Below, piece after piece: positions 26,303 through 36,504 of a DNA stretch of 64,000 nucleotides. Numbering within the stretch: position 1 is the first letter of the stretch; every line of letters begins with the position of its first letter. The stretch is from positions 15,003-79,002 of the forward strand of contig JBBDNA010000009.1 of NCBI GenBank assembly GCA_040877915.1, in the 5' to 3' direction. A program made the position numbers and the translations under genes. The notes beneath the pieces are model-generated. The model saw only the letters and a program-made list of their open reading frames with translations. It was not told the DNA's origin and ran no database searches. Origin of the DNA: Dehalococcoidia bacterium. Lineage in GTDB: Bacteria > Chloroflexota > Dehalococcoidia > SM23-28-2 > RBG-16-64-32.

Positions 26303-26322
26303 GTGGTCTTTATACAGACCAC
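26303..26322 (+). terminator. hairpin downstream of dnaE2 (weak terminator candidate)
   Basis: GTGGTCT-TTATAC-AGACCAC lies 50 nt after the dnaE2 stop. There is no clear U-tract. Confidence 0.25.
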
Positions 26323-26492
26323 TTCCTCAGAGAACGCGAGTGCAGATGTCGCAATCGCCTGGGTCTTGGGGTGCTCCGATGCCACCAATCACCAAGGCGG
26401 AATAGCGTCAGGCCCGCCTCTTGACCGCCGGCCCGGTATGGTAGGCTAGGCTTTCCTAAGCCGTCCCGAGCGCTTCGGGAGGAGGTCAGCCG

Positions 26493-27047
26493 ATGCGAAT
26501 TTCCGAGCCGAGGGTCGATCCGCTTCCTGAGTCAGAGTGGGACGATGAAGCGCGCGACTTCATGCGCCAGATTGAGTCCGGCGGGCAGGTCCTTAATATC
26601 TACAGAACGCTGGCGCGACACCCCAAGCTCCTGAAGCGCTGGAGCGTCTTCGGGACGCACGTCCTTTACAAGTCCACGCTGCCGGCGCGGGAGCGAGAGC
26701 TGCTGATCCTGCGAACGGGCTGGCTATGCCGCTCCGAGTACGAATGGGGGCAACACATCATCATCGCCCGGGGGTGTGGGATAGCCGACGAGGAGATCGA
26801 GCGCGTGAAGGCGGGGCCGGACGCGCCGGGCTGGAGCCGGGACGACTCGGCGCTGCTGCGGGCTGCGGATGAGCTCCGGGACGACGCGTTCATCGGTGAC
26901 GCGACGTGGCAAGCCCTCTCGGAGCGCTTCGATACGCGGCAGCTCATCGACATCGTGTTCACGGTGGGCCAGTACCACGTGGTCTCGATGGCGCTGAACA
27001 CGCTGGGGGTGCAGCTCGACGAGGGCGTCGAAGGGTTCGGAAGTTGA
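26493..27047 (+). CDS. carboxymuconolactone decarboxylase (AhpD-like) family protein
   Basis: The RERELLILRTGWLCRSEYEWGQH block is typical of the CMD family. A GGAGGAGG RBS is present. Confidence 0.8.
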   Translation: MRISEPRVDPLPESEWDDEARDFMRQIESGGQVLNIYRTLARHPKLLKRWSVFGTHVLYKSTLPARERELLILRTGWLCRSEYEWGQHIIIARGCGIADEEIERVKAGPDAPGWSRDDSALLRAADELRDDAFIGDATWQALSERFDTRQLIDIVFTVGQYHVVSMALNTLGVQLDEGVEGFGS

Positions 27048-27340
27048 GGCTGAAGTGCAAGGCGGCGATCGTCGTCGGCGCGGGACAGACGCCTGGCGAC
27101 ACCATCGGAAACGGCCGCGCCACCTCTATTCTGTTCGCGCGAGGGGGCGAGGGTGCTTCTCGTGGACCGCGACTTGCAGTCGGCGCCGGTTTCAGCAAGA
27201 CATGGAGGTGATGACATTGAGGCTGGTAGCACCCGATACCTCTTCCTGTCGCGCATTGCCGGCCTTGCGCGAAGATGGTGTGAGCGACGAAACGATTCGA
27301 CCTCATGATGCGCGATGTGCCGGCGGCGATTTCTGACCGG
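27044..27340 (+). pseudogene. SDR gene remnant (N-terminal Rossmann part only, frameshifted)
   Basis: LKCKAAIVVGAGQTPGDTIGNGRATSILFAR, then after a frameshift VLLVDRDLQSA. The rest of an SDR is missing. Confidence 0.4.
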
Positions 27341-27550
27341 CGCCTAGAAGGCCTGGTAAGGACACCTGCTACGAGCTAATAGGCCACAAGCGAATTCAAG
27401 GCAGAAGCGTTTTCGTGACCACGCTCAATAAGACTTCGTAGCGTGCCGTCGACGCTGCCCTGAATCCCCTAGGACGCAGCGGTCCTACGAGAGCGTCCTG
27501 ACTTCCGTAATGTGCCCCGACCTGTACGAGGCTCAGGCACGCCGCCTACA

Positions 27551-28531
27551 ATGGATTGCGCCGATTCGAACCGAACGCCCAACACAGGACGGACCCCAGA
27601 CTTGAGCCTAATTCGCACGGTCGGCCTGACAAAGCGCTACGTCAAAGTCACCGCGCTCGACTCGCTGGACCTCGAGCTTGAGCCGGGCATCATCGGTCTG
27701 GTGGGCGCTAACGGCGCTGGCAAGAGCACGTTCATCAAGCTCCTTCTCGGCCTGCTTGCGCCCACCAGCGGCTCCGGCGAGGTCATGGGCTTCGACATCC
27801 TCCGCCAGGGCCCGGAGCTCCGCCAGTTCGTCGGTTACATGCCGGAGCACGAATGCCTGCCCACGGACATCTCAGCTACCGAGTTCGTCTCACACATGGC
27901 GCAGATCAGCGGCCTGCCGCGCCCGGCGGCCCGCGAGCGCACAGCGGAGACACTGCGCCACGTCGGCCTCTTTGAGGAGCGCTATCGTGAGATGCGTGGC
28001 TACTCGGCCGGCATGAAGCAGCGCGTCAAGCTCGCCCAGGCGCTGGTCCACGACCCCCGGCTCGTGCTCCTCGACGAACCGACGATCGGCCTCGACCCGG
28101 AAGGCCGCGACGAAATGCTGAGGCTCATCCGTCGCATCGGCGCCGAGTTCGGGATCGCAGTCATTGTCTCGTCCCACCTCCTCAGCGAGATAGAGCGAAT
28201 CTGCGATCACCTCGTCGAGATCGAGGACGGGCGCCTCGTCCGGTCCGAGCCGATGGCCGCGCTCACCGCGCTCACCCGCATCCTAGCCATCGAGGTTGAC
28301 GGCGACAACGCGCCGCTGGCCGAGCGGTTGAGGAGGAGCGGCGTGACGGTAAACAGCAGCGGCCGTCTCCTTCTCGTCCGGAAAGACGACGATGCCTTGC
28401 TTGACCTCGTCCGGGATAGCGTTGTCGACCTCGAACTTGGCCTGGTGCGGCTCGAGCAGAGCCGGCGGCGGTTGGAGGAGCTATTCGGTTCGCAGCCTGC
28501 CCTCAAGGAAGACGAATCCTCCAGTGCCTGA
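27551..28531 (+). CDS. ABC transporter ATP-binding protein (ABC-2/DrrA-like) with C-terminal extension
   Basis: Walker A GANGAGKST, signature YSAGMKQRV and Walker B LVLLDEP. ATG 27551 is preferred. Confidence 0.85.
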   Translation: MDCADSNRTPNTGRTPDLSLIRTVGLTKRYVKVTALDSLDLELEPGIIGLVGANGAGKSTFIKLLLGLLAPTSGSGEVMGFDILRQGPELRQFVGYMPEHECLPTDISATEFVSHMAQISGLPRPAARERTAETLRHVGLFEERYREMRGYSAGMKQRVKLAQALVHDPRLVLLDEPTIGLDPEGRDEMLRLIRRIGAEFGIAVIVSSHLLSEIERICDHLVEIEDGRLVRSEPMAALTALTRILAIEVDGDNAPLAERLRRSGVTVNSSGRLLLVRKDDDALLDLVRDSVVDLELGLVRLEQSRRRLEELFGSQPALKEDESSSA

Positions 28532-29405
28532 GGCAGCGACCGGCAGCATCTACGACCTCGGCTACCAGCGGTACGCGGGCGTCCGCCTGGGGCGGCGGCA
28601 CGCCATCTGGGCGCTGTACGTTCACAGCCTCCGCGGCGTGTTCGGCATCGGCAGGTCACTCGGCAGCAAAGTGGGGCCTATCGGCCTCGCCGTGATCGCT
28701 CTTTTGCCAGCGATCATACAACTCGGTAGTGCCTCGATCGCCCCCGAGGACGTCGAATTCGTCCGACCGGAGGAGTACTACGACCTGATCCAGATCGTGC
28801 TGGTGCTCTTCTGCGCTGTGGTCGCGCCCGACCTCCTCGGACGCGACCAGCGCACTAAGACGCTGTCCCTCTACTTCTCGCGGGCGCTCCGGCGAGAAGA
28901 CTACGCCCTGGCGAAGTTCGCCGCCCTGGTGACCGGCATGCTGGCGATCACCATAGTTCCGCAGGTGATGATGTTCATCGGCAACGGGCTGGCTGACGAC
29001 TTTGGGGATCACCTGCAGGACAATTGGACAGACCTGCCATCGATTCTCGGGAGCGCAGTCGAACTCTCGTGCCTCGTCTCCGGCATCGGCCTGCTGATCG
29101 CGGCCCAGACGCCACGTCGGGCCTACTCCACCGTGGGCATCCTGGCCGCCTTCGTCCTCACGTCAGCCGTCGGGGCGGGCGTCTTTGAAGCGACCGATCG
29201 GAATGCCGGACGGTGGGCGCTGCTCCTTAGCCCGCTTCACCTCGTGCAGGGCCTCACCCGCTGGTTTTTCGATGTCGCCCCCGAGCCTGGATCGGAGCTC
29301 GCTCTGGCGGACCTGCCCGGCGAGACGTATGCGATCGCCGCCGCGGCGATCGCCTGCATGACGCTCGCTCTCCTGTTGCGCCGTTACCGAAAGATCCCGG
29401 CATGA
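28524..29405 (+). CDS. ABC-2 type transporter permease
   Basis: Polytopic ORF starting at GTG 28524 (VPEAATGSIYDLGYQRYAG...). It overlaps the ATPase gene's stop. The track ORF start at 28392 lies inside the ATPase gene. Confidence 0.65.
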   Translation: MPEAATGSIYDLGYQRYAGVRLGRRHAIWALYVHSLRGVFGIGRSLGSKVGPIGLAVIALLPAIIQLGSASIAPEDVEFVRPEEYYDLIQIVLVLFCAVVAPDLLGRDQRTKTLSLYFSRALRREDYALAKFAALVTGMLAITIVPQVMMFIGNGLADDFGDHLQDNWTDLPSILGSAVELSCLVSGIGLLIAAQTPRRAYSTVGILAAFVLTSAVGAGVFEATDRNAGRWALLLSPLHLVQGLTRWFFDVAPEPGSELALADLPGETYAIAAAAIACMTLALLLRRYRKIPA

Positions 29406-30358
29406 CAGACGTGTCTCAAGACCGAGCCATTGTCCCGCCTTCCCGGGGTCCCGCGGTCGAGGTCGTCAACGTCTCCCGCTGGTACGGGAACGTGGTTGCC
29501 GTCAACGACGTATCGTTCTCACTCGACCCTGGCATCACCGGACTGCTAGGCCCCAACGGCGCTGGCAAGAGCACCATCCTCCACATCGCAGCCGGTCTCC
29601 TTCGTCCATCCAAGGGCACCGTTCGCATCGGCGGCAGGCCCGTGTGGGGGAACCAGGCGATCTATTGGGACGTCGGCCTCGTGCCGGACAAGGAGACCAT
29701 CTACCCGTTTCTGACCGGCTATCAGTTCGTTCTGTTGAGCGCCAAGCTCTACGGTCTCGACGACCCCGCCGAGGCAGCGCATCGCGCCATCCAGGCCGTG
29801 GATATGGAAGGGGCCCAGGACCGGCGGGTCGGCGGGTATTCCAAGGGCATGAAGCAGCGGGTCAAAGTCGCTGCGGCCATAGTCCACGAGCCGCGAATCC
29901 TCCTCCTCGACGAGCCGTTCAACGGCACCGATCCCGCCCACCGGCTCCAGCTGATGGACTTCTTGCGCCGAATGGCCGGCGAAGGCCGGACGATCGTTTT
30001 CTCCTCCCACATCCTGGACGAGGTGGAGCGCCTCGCCGAAAACGTGCTCGTGATCGTCGCTGGCCGCCTCGCCGCCTCCGGCGACTTCCACGCCATCCGT
30101 CGCCTGATGACCGATCGCCCGCACACCTTCACCATCCGCTCGAGCCACGACCGCCGCCTCGCCATCGCCCTGGTCGCCGATCAGTCCGTGCTCAGCGTCG
30201 ACCTGAGCGACGAACGCCTGACCGTCCGCACGTCCCAGTTCTCGGACTTCGTCCGAGCCGCGCCCAGAATCGCGAGGAACGAGGGGATAACCTTGCAGGA
30301 ACTTGTGCCTACGGACGAGTCGCTGGAGAGCGTGTTCTCTTACCTCGTAAGGCGATGA
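29402..30358 (+). CDS. ABC transporter ATP-binding protein (second)
   Basis: Walker A GPNGAGKST, signature YSKGMKQRV and Walker B ILLLDEP. It has 4-nt overlaps with both neighbours. Confidence 0.85.
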   Translation: MTDVSQDRAIVPPSRGPAVEVVNVSRWYGNVVAVNDVSFSLDPGITGLLGPNGAGKSTILHIAAGLLRPSKGTVRIGGRPVWGNQAIYWDVGLVPDKETIYPFLTGYQFVLLSAKLYGLDDPAEAAHRAIQAVDMEGAQDRRVGGYSKGMKQRVKVAAAIVHEPRILLLDEPFNGTDPAHRLQLMDFLRRMAGEGRTIVFSSHILDEVERLAENVLVIVAGRLAASGDFHAIRRLMTDRPHTFTIRSSHDRRLAIALVADQSVLSVDLSDERLTVRTSQFSDFVRAAPRIARNEGITLQELVPTDESLESVFSYLVRR

Positions 30359-31089
30359 ACAGCACTGTTTTTGCGCTCACTCTGCGGCAGTTCGCGGGGC
30401 AGCGCCGCTCGCTTGTCATGTTCGTCCTCGCCCTTGCCCCGATAGCCCTGGCCATCGTCTACCGGCTCGGAGACCACCTCGACCAGCCTGATTGGACCGT
30501 GAACGTGCTCCTCAACGGCATCGTCGTCACCACGGTTCTCCCTCTCGCTTGCCTCATCCTCGGCACCTCAGCCATCGGGTCCGAGATAGAGGAGGGCACC
30601 GCGATCTTCATCCTTACCAAGCCCGTGCCCCGCCGCGACACGATAGGCGCCAAGTTCGCGGCCTCCACCCTGGTCGCCGCGTTGTTTGTGCTGCCCGCCA
30701 CCGCAGTCTCCGGCCTCATCGCCCTCTGGGGCGCACCGGGCGAAGGGATCGTCACCGGTTTCACCATCGCAGCCCTCTTCGGCGTCCTCGCCTACACCGC
30801 CGTCTTCATCTTGCTTAGCGTCGCTACCAGCCGCGCCCTTCTCTTTGGTCTGGGCTACGTCTTCATTTGGGAGGGCCTCGTCACTGAGCTATTCTCGGGC
30901 ACCCGATATCTCAGCGTTCGCCAGTACTGCCTCGGCATCGCTGACCTCTTCGCGACAGTCAGCGAACGGGACTTCGATGCCAACCTCGGCGGGCCCGAAG
31001 CTCTCATACTCGCCAGCGCGGTTACCGCGGCAACCCTCGTCCTCGCCGTCCGCCGATTCGAAGCCTTCGAGATTACCGACACGGACTAG
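30355..31089 (+). CDS. ABC-2 type transporter permease (second)
   Basis: MNSTVFALTLRQFAGQRRSLVMFVLALAPIALA... is polytopic. An ATGA overlap joins it to the preceding ATPase gene. Confidence 0.7.
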   Translation: MNSTVFALTLRQFAGQRRSLVMFVLALAPIALAIVYRLGDHLDQPDWTVNVLLNGIVVTTVLPLACLILGTSAIGSEIEEGTAIFILTKPVPRRDTIGAKFAASTLVAALFVLPATAVSGLIALWGAPGEGIVTGFTIAALFGVLAYTAVFILLSVATSRALLFGLGYVFIWEGLVTELFSGTRYLSVRQYCLGIADLFATVSERDFDANLGGPEALILASAVTAATLVLAVRRFEAFEITDTD

Positions 31090-31191
31090 ACCAACTGGGA
31101 TGGGAAGGCCGGTGGGGAAAGTCAGCCCTGAGACAGCGCCTCCGTGCAACGATCGATAGGTCTGCTTAGTGTCAGCCGTGACCGGCTATGG

Positions 31192-32817
31192 CTAGGCCAG
31201 GTCAAAGCCCGCGTAGCCGCTTGCGGCAACCTGCTCGCACTGCTCGCGGTACCTCGGGGCGCCGCCAGCGTAGACCATGACCGTGCGGGTCTGCCTTTCG
31301 GGCACGTTCTTGTTCACGCCGGTCATCCAGGAATCGACACGGCTGAACAGGAAGAGCTTGCTTATCGCTTGGACCTGCGCGGTCCACGCCTCCTCGGCGG
31401 CCACAGTCGCCTCGACGCGGTTGTGGCCATTCTCGCGCATGAAACGAATCAGATCCGTGACCCAGTCGACGTTCTGCTCTATGCAGCGGGGCATGTTGCA
31501 GAAGGGCGTGGCGCTCTGAGGCCCCACCAGAGTCAGCAGGTTCGGGAACCCGAAGACCGCAAGCCCAAGATAGGTCCTGGGGCCAGCCGCCCACTTGTTC
31601 TTCAGCCGCTCTCCACCGACGCCGCGGAAATCGATGCGATCGAAGGCGCCAGTGATCGGGTCCCATCCCGTCGCGTAGATGATCATTTCGAACTCGTACG
31701 CGGCGTCGCTCGTCCTTATGCCCTCGGGAGTGATCCGTTCGATGGGCGTCTCTCGGACGTCGACCAGCTGAACGCTGTCCTGGTTGAATACCTCGTAGTA
31801 ACCGCTCTCCAGCGGCACTCGCCGGGTGCCGAACCCGTGGTCGCGGGGGATGAGCTTCTCGGCCGTCTCCGGGTCCTTAACCCGCTCGCGGATCTTACGC
31901 GCCATGAAGTCGCTAATCGTGGCGTTGGCCTCCTCGACGATCAGGATGTCGCGAAAGTTGCCCATCCAGATCCCGAAGCCGGGCTCGCCGTACAGCTTCT
32001 CGTAGAACGCCTCGCGCTCCGTCTCGCTCACGTCGAGCGCGTTGCGGGGGTCGGCGTCGTGGATGAAGCATCCGAACGAGTCGCGGCAGATCGAGAAGAT
32101 CTCCGGGTAGGTCGACTTGATTCGGCGTTGCGTTTCGGAGTCGATACGGGTGTTGTGGAGCGGCGCGCACCAGTTGGGCGTACGCTGGAACACGGTGAGC
32201 TGCTCCGCCGACTTGGCGATCTCGGTGATGGCCTGGACGGCGGTAGCGCCGGTGCCAATCACCGCCACGCGCTTCCCGGCGAAGCTCACCGGCTCAGCAG
32301 GCCATCTCCCCGTGTGATACGCCTCACCGCGAAAGCTCTCGAGACCCGGAATGTCCGGCATCGTTGGCGCCGATAACGAACCGATGGCCGTGATCAGAAA
32401 TCGTGCGCGGGCGCTGCGCCCGCTTTCGAGCCTTATCTCCCAGTGGTTCTTCGCTTCGTCGTAGTCAGCCGCGACGACGCGGCTGCGGAACTCGATGTCG
32501 CGCCGCGAGTCGAGCTTGTCGGCCACGAAGTTGCAGTAGCGGAGCGTCTCCGGCTGCGCCGCGAAATGTTCGCTCCACTCCCACTCCTCCAGAATCTCGT
32601 CGTCGAACGAGTAGCCGTACGTCCAGCTTTCGGAATCGAACCGGGCACCCGGGTAGCGGTTCCAATACCACGTCCCGCCGACGCCATTGCCGGCCTCGAA
32701 GACCTTAACCGAGAGGCCGAGCCCGCGTAGACGGTGGAGCTGGTACATCCCGGAGATACCAGCGCCGATGACGATAGCGTCGTAACGCTCGCGAGATTCC
32801 ATCTGCTCGGGTTGCAT
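31192..32817 (-). CDS. type I Baeyer-Villiger (flavin-containing) monooxygenase
   Basis: GAGISG, GGTWYWNRYPGARFD, the BVMO fingerprint FRGEAYHTGRWP (FxGxxxHxxxWP) and a second Rossmann motif GTGATAVQ. Confidence 0.85.
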   Translation of the reverse strand: MQPEQMESRERYDAIVIGAGISGMYQLHRLRGLGLSVKVFEAGNGVGGTWYWNRYPGARFDSESWTYGYSFDDEILEEWEWSEHFAAQPETLRYCNFVADKLDSRRDIEFRSRVVAADYDEAKNHWEIRLESGRSARARFLITAIGSLSAPTMPDIPGLESFRGEAYHTGRWPAEPVSFAGKRVAVIGTGATAVQAITEIAKSAEQLTVFQRTPNWCAPLHNTRIDSETQRRIKSTYPEIFSICRDSFGCFIHDADPRNALDVSETEREAFYEKLYGEPGFGIWMGNFRDILIVEEANATISDFMARKIRERVKDPETAEKLIPRDHGFGTRRVPLESGYYEVFNQDSVQLVDVRETPIERITPEGIRTSDAAYEFEMIIYATGWDPITGAFDRIDFRGVGGERLKNKWAAGPRTYLGLAVFGFPNLLTLVGPQSATPFCNMPRCIEQNVDWVTDLIRFMRENGHNRVEATVAAEEAWTAQVQAISKLFLFSRVDSWMTGVNKNVPERQTRTVMVYAGGAPRYREQCEQVAASGYAGFDLA

Positions 32818-33068
32818 CAGTCAGTCCTGCCTCCGCGAAAAAACGGCACGGAGCCTCATGGTGCGGGAAACCGGGGGGAGATGTCAAAGCCGGGCCGAGG
32901 AGACTGACGATAAGGTTGGTTAGTCGGTCGCCGGAGTTACGCGTTCGCCGCGCAGGCAGGACTAGGGTCGGGCGCTGGGCGGCCCTTGATCGCCGGAGGC
33001 CGCCGGCTGGCTGGAGTCCGCGCTCGTTGTACCCAAAAGTGGGCCAAAAATCTGCGCCACGTGGCCCA

Positions 33069-33143
33069 TACAACCTCTCGAACTCGCCGGCGACGTACGA
33101 ACGCGTCATCGAAGCCGTCCAGCGCTACGGCCGCACCCCATAG
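33069..33143 (+). pseudogene. remnant: duplicated 3' end (25 codons plus stop) of a paralogue of the 15621..17009 gene
   Basis: YNLSNSPATYERVIEAVQRYGRTP* compared with YNLSNSPATNQRVIEAVQRYGRTP*. 69 of 75 nt are identical to the reverse complement of 15621-15695, and similarity continues ~25 nt past the stop. Confidence 0.65.
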
Positions 33144-33301
33144 CCTGGCGTCTGGACGTCTCACCAGCGACCGTCCCCTGCAGCCCCGTTAGCGGTCGGT
33201 GGGAAGGCTCCTCCAAATCGCACTGGCCTATGTCCAGGGGCCAGTCGGTGTTACGGTGAATGTACGGGAATTCCAAGCGGGGTTCCCGGGGAGACAAATG
33301 C

Positions 33302-35179
33302 ATGGAGCTTTTCACTACCATCCGGTCCAGCAGAAAGCCGGCCTCGGGGCGCGCAATCGCGTCGCGCGGTGACCTGCGCAACGTGGCGATCATAGCCCAC
33401 GTGGACCACGGCAAGACCACGCTGGTGGATGCCATGCTCCGGCAGTCCGGCCAGTTGGACGCGCGGTTGGAGCTCCCCGATCGCGCCCTCGACTCGACAG
33501 ACCTCGAGCGGGAGAAGGGCATCACGATTCTCGCCAAGAACGCCGCCGTGCGGTACGGCGATGTGAAGGTCAACATAGTTGACACGCCGGGTCACGCCGA
33601 CTTCGGCGGTGAGGTGGAGCGCGGCCTGACCATGGTGGACGGGGCGCTGTTACTGGTGGACGCCACGGAGGGCCCGTTGCCGCAGACGCGATTCGTGCTC
33701 CGGAAGGCACTCGAGGCCCACCTGCCGATCATCCTGGTGGTCAACAAGGTGGACCGCCCTGATAGGCGCATCACCGAGGTGCTCGATGAGGTCTACGAGC
33801 TTTTCCTCGAACTCGACGCCGACGAGGAACAGTTCGACTTCCCCATTGTCTACTGCGATGCACGCGCGGGAAGGGCCTCACTGGACCCGGACGTTCCCGG
33901 TGTGGACCTGCGCCCGTTGTTCGATGTGTTGCTTTCGCGCATCCCGGCGCCGACCTATGAGCCCGACCACCTGCTGCAGGCGCTGGTAACCAACCTCGAC
34001 GCATCGCCATACGTTGGCCGGCTCGCGCTGTGCCGGGTAGTCCAGGGTGGTATCCGGCGCGGGCAGGCTGTGGCCTGGTGCCGGCGCGATGGCAGCATCG
34101 AACCCGGGAAGGTCACGGAGCTCTACGTGACGGAGGCGCTGGAACGGATAGAGGCGGAGGAAGCCGGCCCCGGCGAGCTCATCGCGGTAGCGGGCTTCCC
34201 TGACATCACCATCGGCGAGACGCTAACGGATCCGGCCGATCCCAGGCCGCTGCCGTTGATCCGCGTCGACGAACCGAGCCTGTCGGTCACCATAGGCATC
34301 AACACGTCGCCGCTCGCCGGGCGCGAGGGCACGCAGCTGACCGCGAGGCTTCTGCGGAGCCGGCTGGATGCTGAGCAGGTAGGCAACGTCTCGATTCGCG
34401 TTCTGCCTCTGGACCGGCCGGACGCGTGGACCGTGCAGGGTCGAGGCGAGCTGGCGCTGGCGGTTCTCGTGGAAACGCTGCGCCGCGAAGGCTTCGAACT
34501 CACGGTCGGCCGCCCCGAGGTCGTCACGCGCGAGATAGACGGACGGCTCCACGAGCCGGTCGAGGCGCTTACCCTGGATGTGCCGGAGAAGTACGTGGGC
34601 GTCGTCACGCAGCTCATGGCGGAGCGCAAGGGATTGCGCCACAAGACGGTCAACCATGGAACCGGCCGCGTGCGGCTTGACTACGTCGTCCCTTCGCGCG
34701 GGCTCATCGGGTTCCATACCCAGTTCCAGACTGAGACGCGGGGGACCGGGCTGCTGCACCACGTGTTCCACGGCTACGAGCCATGGCACGGCGAGCTGCG
34801 CTCGCGGCCAACCGGGAGCCTGGTGGCGGACCGACGCGGCAAAACGACCGCTTACGCGCTGCTAAGCTTGCAGGAACGGGGCAGCCTGTTCGTCAGCCCC
34901 GGCCTTGATGTGTACGAAGGGATGGTCATCGGCGAAAGTCAGCGCTCGGAGGACATGGACGTCAACCCGTCGCGAGAAAAGAAGCAGACGAACATTCGCT
35001 CGTCCACAGCCGAGGCGACCGAGAAGCTGCCCCCGCCTACGACACTTTCGCTGGAGCAGGCGCTTGAGTTCATCCGGCAGGACGAATGCCTGGAGGTGAC
35101 GCCGGTGGCAGTCCGCCTGCGAAAGACGAATCTGGTAGCACATGTGCGTGCCCGCCAGCGCTCGCGCGCTCGCGAGTAG
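33302..35179 (+). CDS. typA: translational GTPase TypA/BipA
   Basis: [29 protein letters not shown] and NKVDR, with EF-G-like domains following. ATG 33302 is preferred. Confidence 0.9.
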   Translation: MELFTTIRSSRKPASGRAIASRGDLRNVAIIAHVDHGKTTLVDAMLRQSGQLDARLELPDRALDSTDLEREKGITILAKNAAVRYGDVKVNIVDTPGHADFGGEVERGLTMVDGALLLVDATEGPLPQTRFVLRKALEAHLPIILVVNKVDRPDRRITEVLDEVYELFLELDADEEQFDFPIVYCDARAGRASLDPDVPGVDLRPLFDVLLSRIPAPTYEPDHLLQALVTNLDASPYVGRLALCRVVQGGIRRGQAVAWCRRDGSIEPGKVTELYVTEALERIEAEEAGPGELIAVAGFPDITIGETLTDPADPRPLPLIRVDEPSLSVTIGINTSPLAGREGTQLTARLLRSRLDAEQVGNVSIRVLPLDRPDAWTVQGRGELALAVLVETLRREGFELTVGRPEVVTREIDGRLHEPVEALTLDVPEKYVGVVTQLMAERKGLRHKTVNHGTGRVRLDYVVPSRGLIGFHTQFQTETRGTGLLHHVFHGYEPWHGELRSRPTGSLVADRRGKTTAYALLSLQERGSLFVSPGLDVYEGMVIGESQRSEDMDVNPSREKKQTNIRSSTAEATEKLPPPTTLSLEQALEFIRQDECLEVTPVAVRLRKTNLVAHVRARQRSRARE

Positions 35180-35271
35180 CGGAGGCCCTGCTGGCCGAGC
35201 TTGGCGACCTAGCGGCACTTAGTGTATAAGAATGGCAAGCGCCGATAGCGTCTAGCAGAAAGGACTGGGCG

Positions 35272-35367
35272 ATGGGTGACAAGAGTCCGAGGAATACCTC
35301 CAAGACCAAGAAGCAGAAGGCAGAGAAGAAAGCCGCGTCGGCACCAAGGCCAGAACCGAAGAAATAG
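35272..35367 (+). CDS. possible 31-aa lysine-rich peptide (speculative)
   Basis: MGDKSPRNTSKTKKQKAEKKAASAPRPEPKK*, with AAAGGA 8 nt upstream. There is no other support. Confidence 0.15.
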   Translation: MGDKSPRNTSKTKKQKAEKKAASAPRPEPKK

Positions 35368-35529
35368 CGTCGCCTTACCGCGCCCTCGGTTAACAGGGCT
35401 ACTCCCACGGACCGCGTTCACCACGCGTCGAAGGTGTACGTGAGTGGGGACGTTCGCACGTACTTCGCGGGTCGTTCTTCTCGCTCCTGAAGCGCGGCAT
35501 CTGATGCGGCTTCTGCTCAGGCGCGCGAT

Positions 35530-36361
35530 GGTCGGGGACCGGCAGATCTCGACGATCCTGAGCGAGGAGACCGACCCGAATAAGCTCCACGACATGAAGG
35601 CAGACCTCGACGGATATCAGGTGTACTCGGCCGACCAGGTGGATCAACTAGTGGAGCTCTATCTTGGTGGGTCGGAGCGGGACCGACTCGATCCCATCCT
35701 TGACGCGTCTGTCGCGACCTACGTGGACGAACTCGACGAGGATGGGCAGGTGGACTTCAAGGGCAAGGCCAAGGCGGTTGTTCGAACCTACGGCTTCTTG
35801 GCCTCTATCCTTCCCTACTCAAAGGCGGAGTGGGAGAAACTCGCCGTCTTCTTGAACTTCCTGATTCCGAAGCTCCCCGCCCCGAAAGAGGAAGACTTCG
35901 CCAAGGGCGTCCTCGAAGCCATCGGCCTGGAGAGTTACCGCAGTGAAGTGCGCCTCGCCATGAGCATCGCGCTGGAGGACGAGGAGTCCGAGATCGGGCC
36001 GGTGCCTGTCGGAGGTGGGGGCCAAGGAGCCGAGCCCGAGTTTGACCTGCTCAGCAACATCGTGAAGTCGTTCAACGAGCAGTTCGGCACTATCGAATGG
36101 AAGGACGTGGACAAGGTCCAACAGGTCATCGCGAAGGAGATTCCCGCGAAGGTGTCGGCTGACAGGGCCTACAGAAACGCCATCAAGAACTCGGACAAAC
36201 AGAATGCCCGGATCGAACACGACCTCGCGCTCGAACGTGTCCTCGTCGCTCTCCTGACAGATCACACGGAACTCTACAAGCAGTTCAGTGACAATCCGTC
36301 TTTCAAGAAGTGGCTGCAGGAGATGATCTTCGCCGCTACGTACGAACCGGCGGAGGCTTAG
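35530..36361 (+). pseudogene. hsdR: type I restriction enzyme R-subunit (HsdR) C-terminal remnant
   Basis: ILSEETDPNKLHDMKADLDGYQVYSADQVDQLVELY...FKGKAKAVVRTYGFLASILPYSKAEWEKLAVFLNFLIPKLP...NPSFKKWLQEMIF matches the helical C-terminal region of HsdR. The nuclease and helicase domains, hsdM and hsdS are absent. GC is lower than in the flanks. Confidence 0.6.
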
Positions 36362-36504
36362 GCCGCCGCGGTGACACGCTAACCGAACTTATCGACTGTC
36401 GGAATTGACGGGCGGAATCGCAACAGACGGAATCGCTCGTGTCTCCTCGCGAGGCAGACGTGGACGCGCAGCCAACTCGGAGGATAGCGTAAAATGTCTC
36501 CACT

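Noticed and set aside
26420-26450. TTGACC ... TAGGCT as a promoter of the CMD gene at 26493
   Set aside because: The spacer is only 15 nt and the -10 is poor, so this is not better than chance.
36409-36504. Direct repeat GGAATCGC x2 and a TAAAAT box 9 nt before the ATG of the first cyclase-LuxR gene (possible autoregulatory site or leaderless transcript)
   Set aside because: The repeats are short (8 nt), and no -35 or palindrome typical of LuxR boxes is present. I cannot distinguish this from chance without comparative data.
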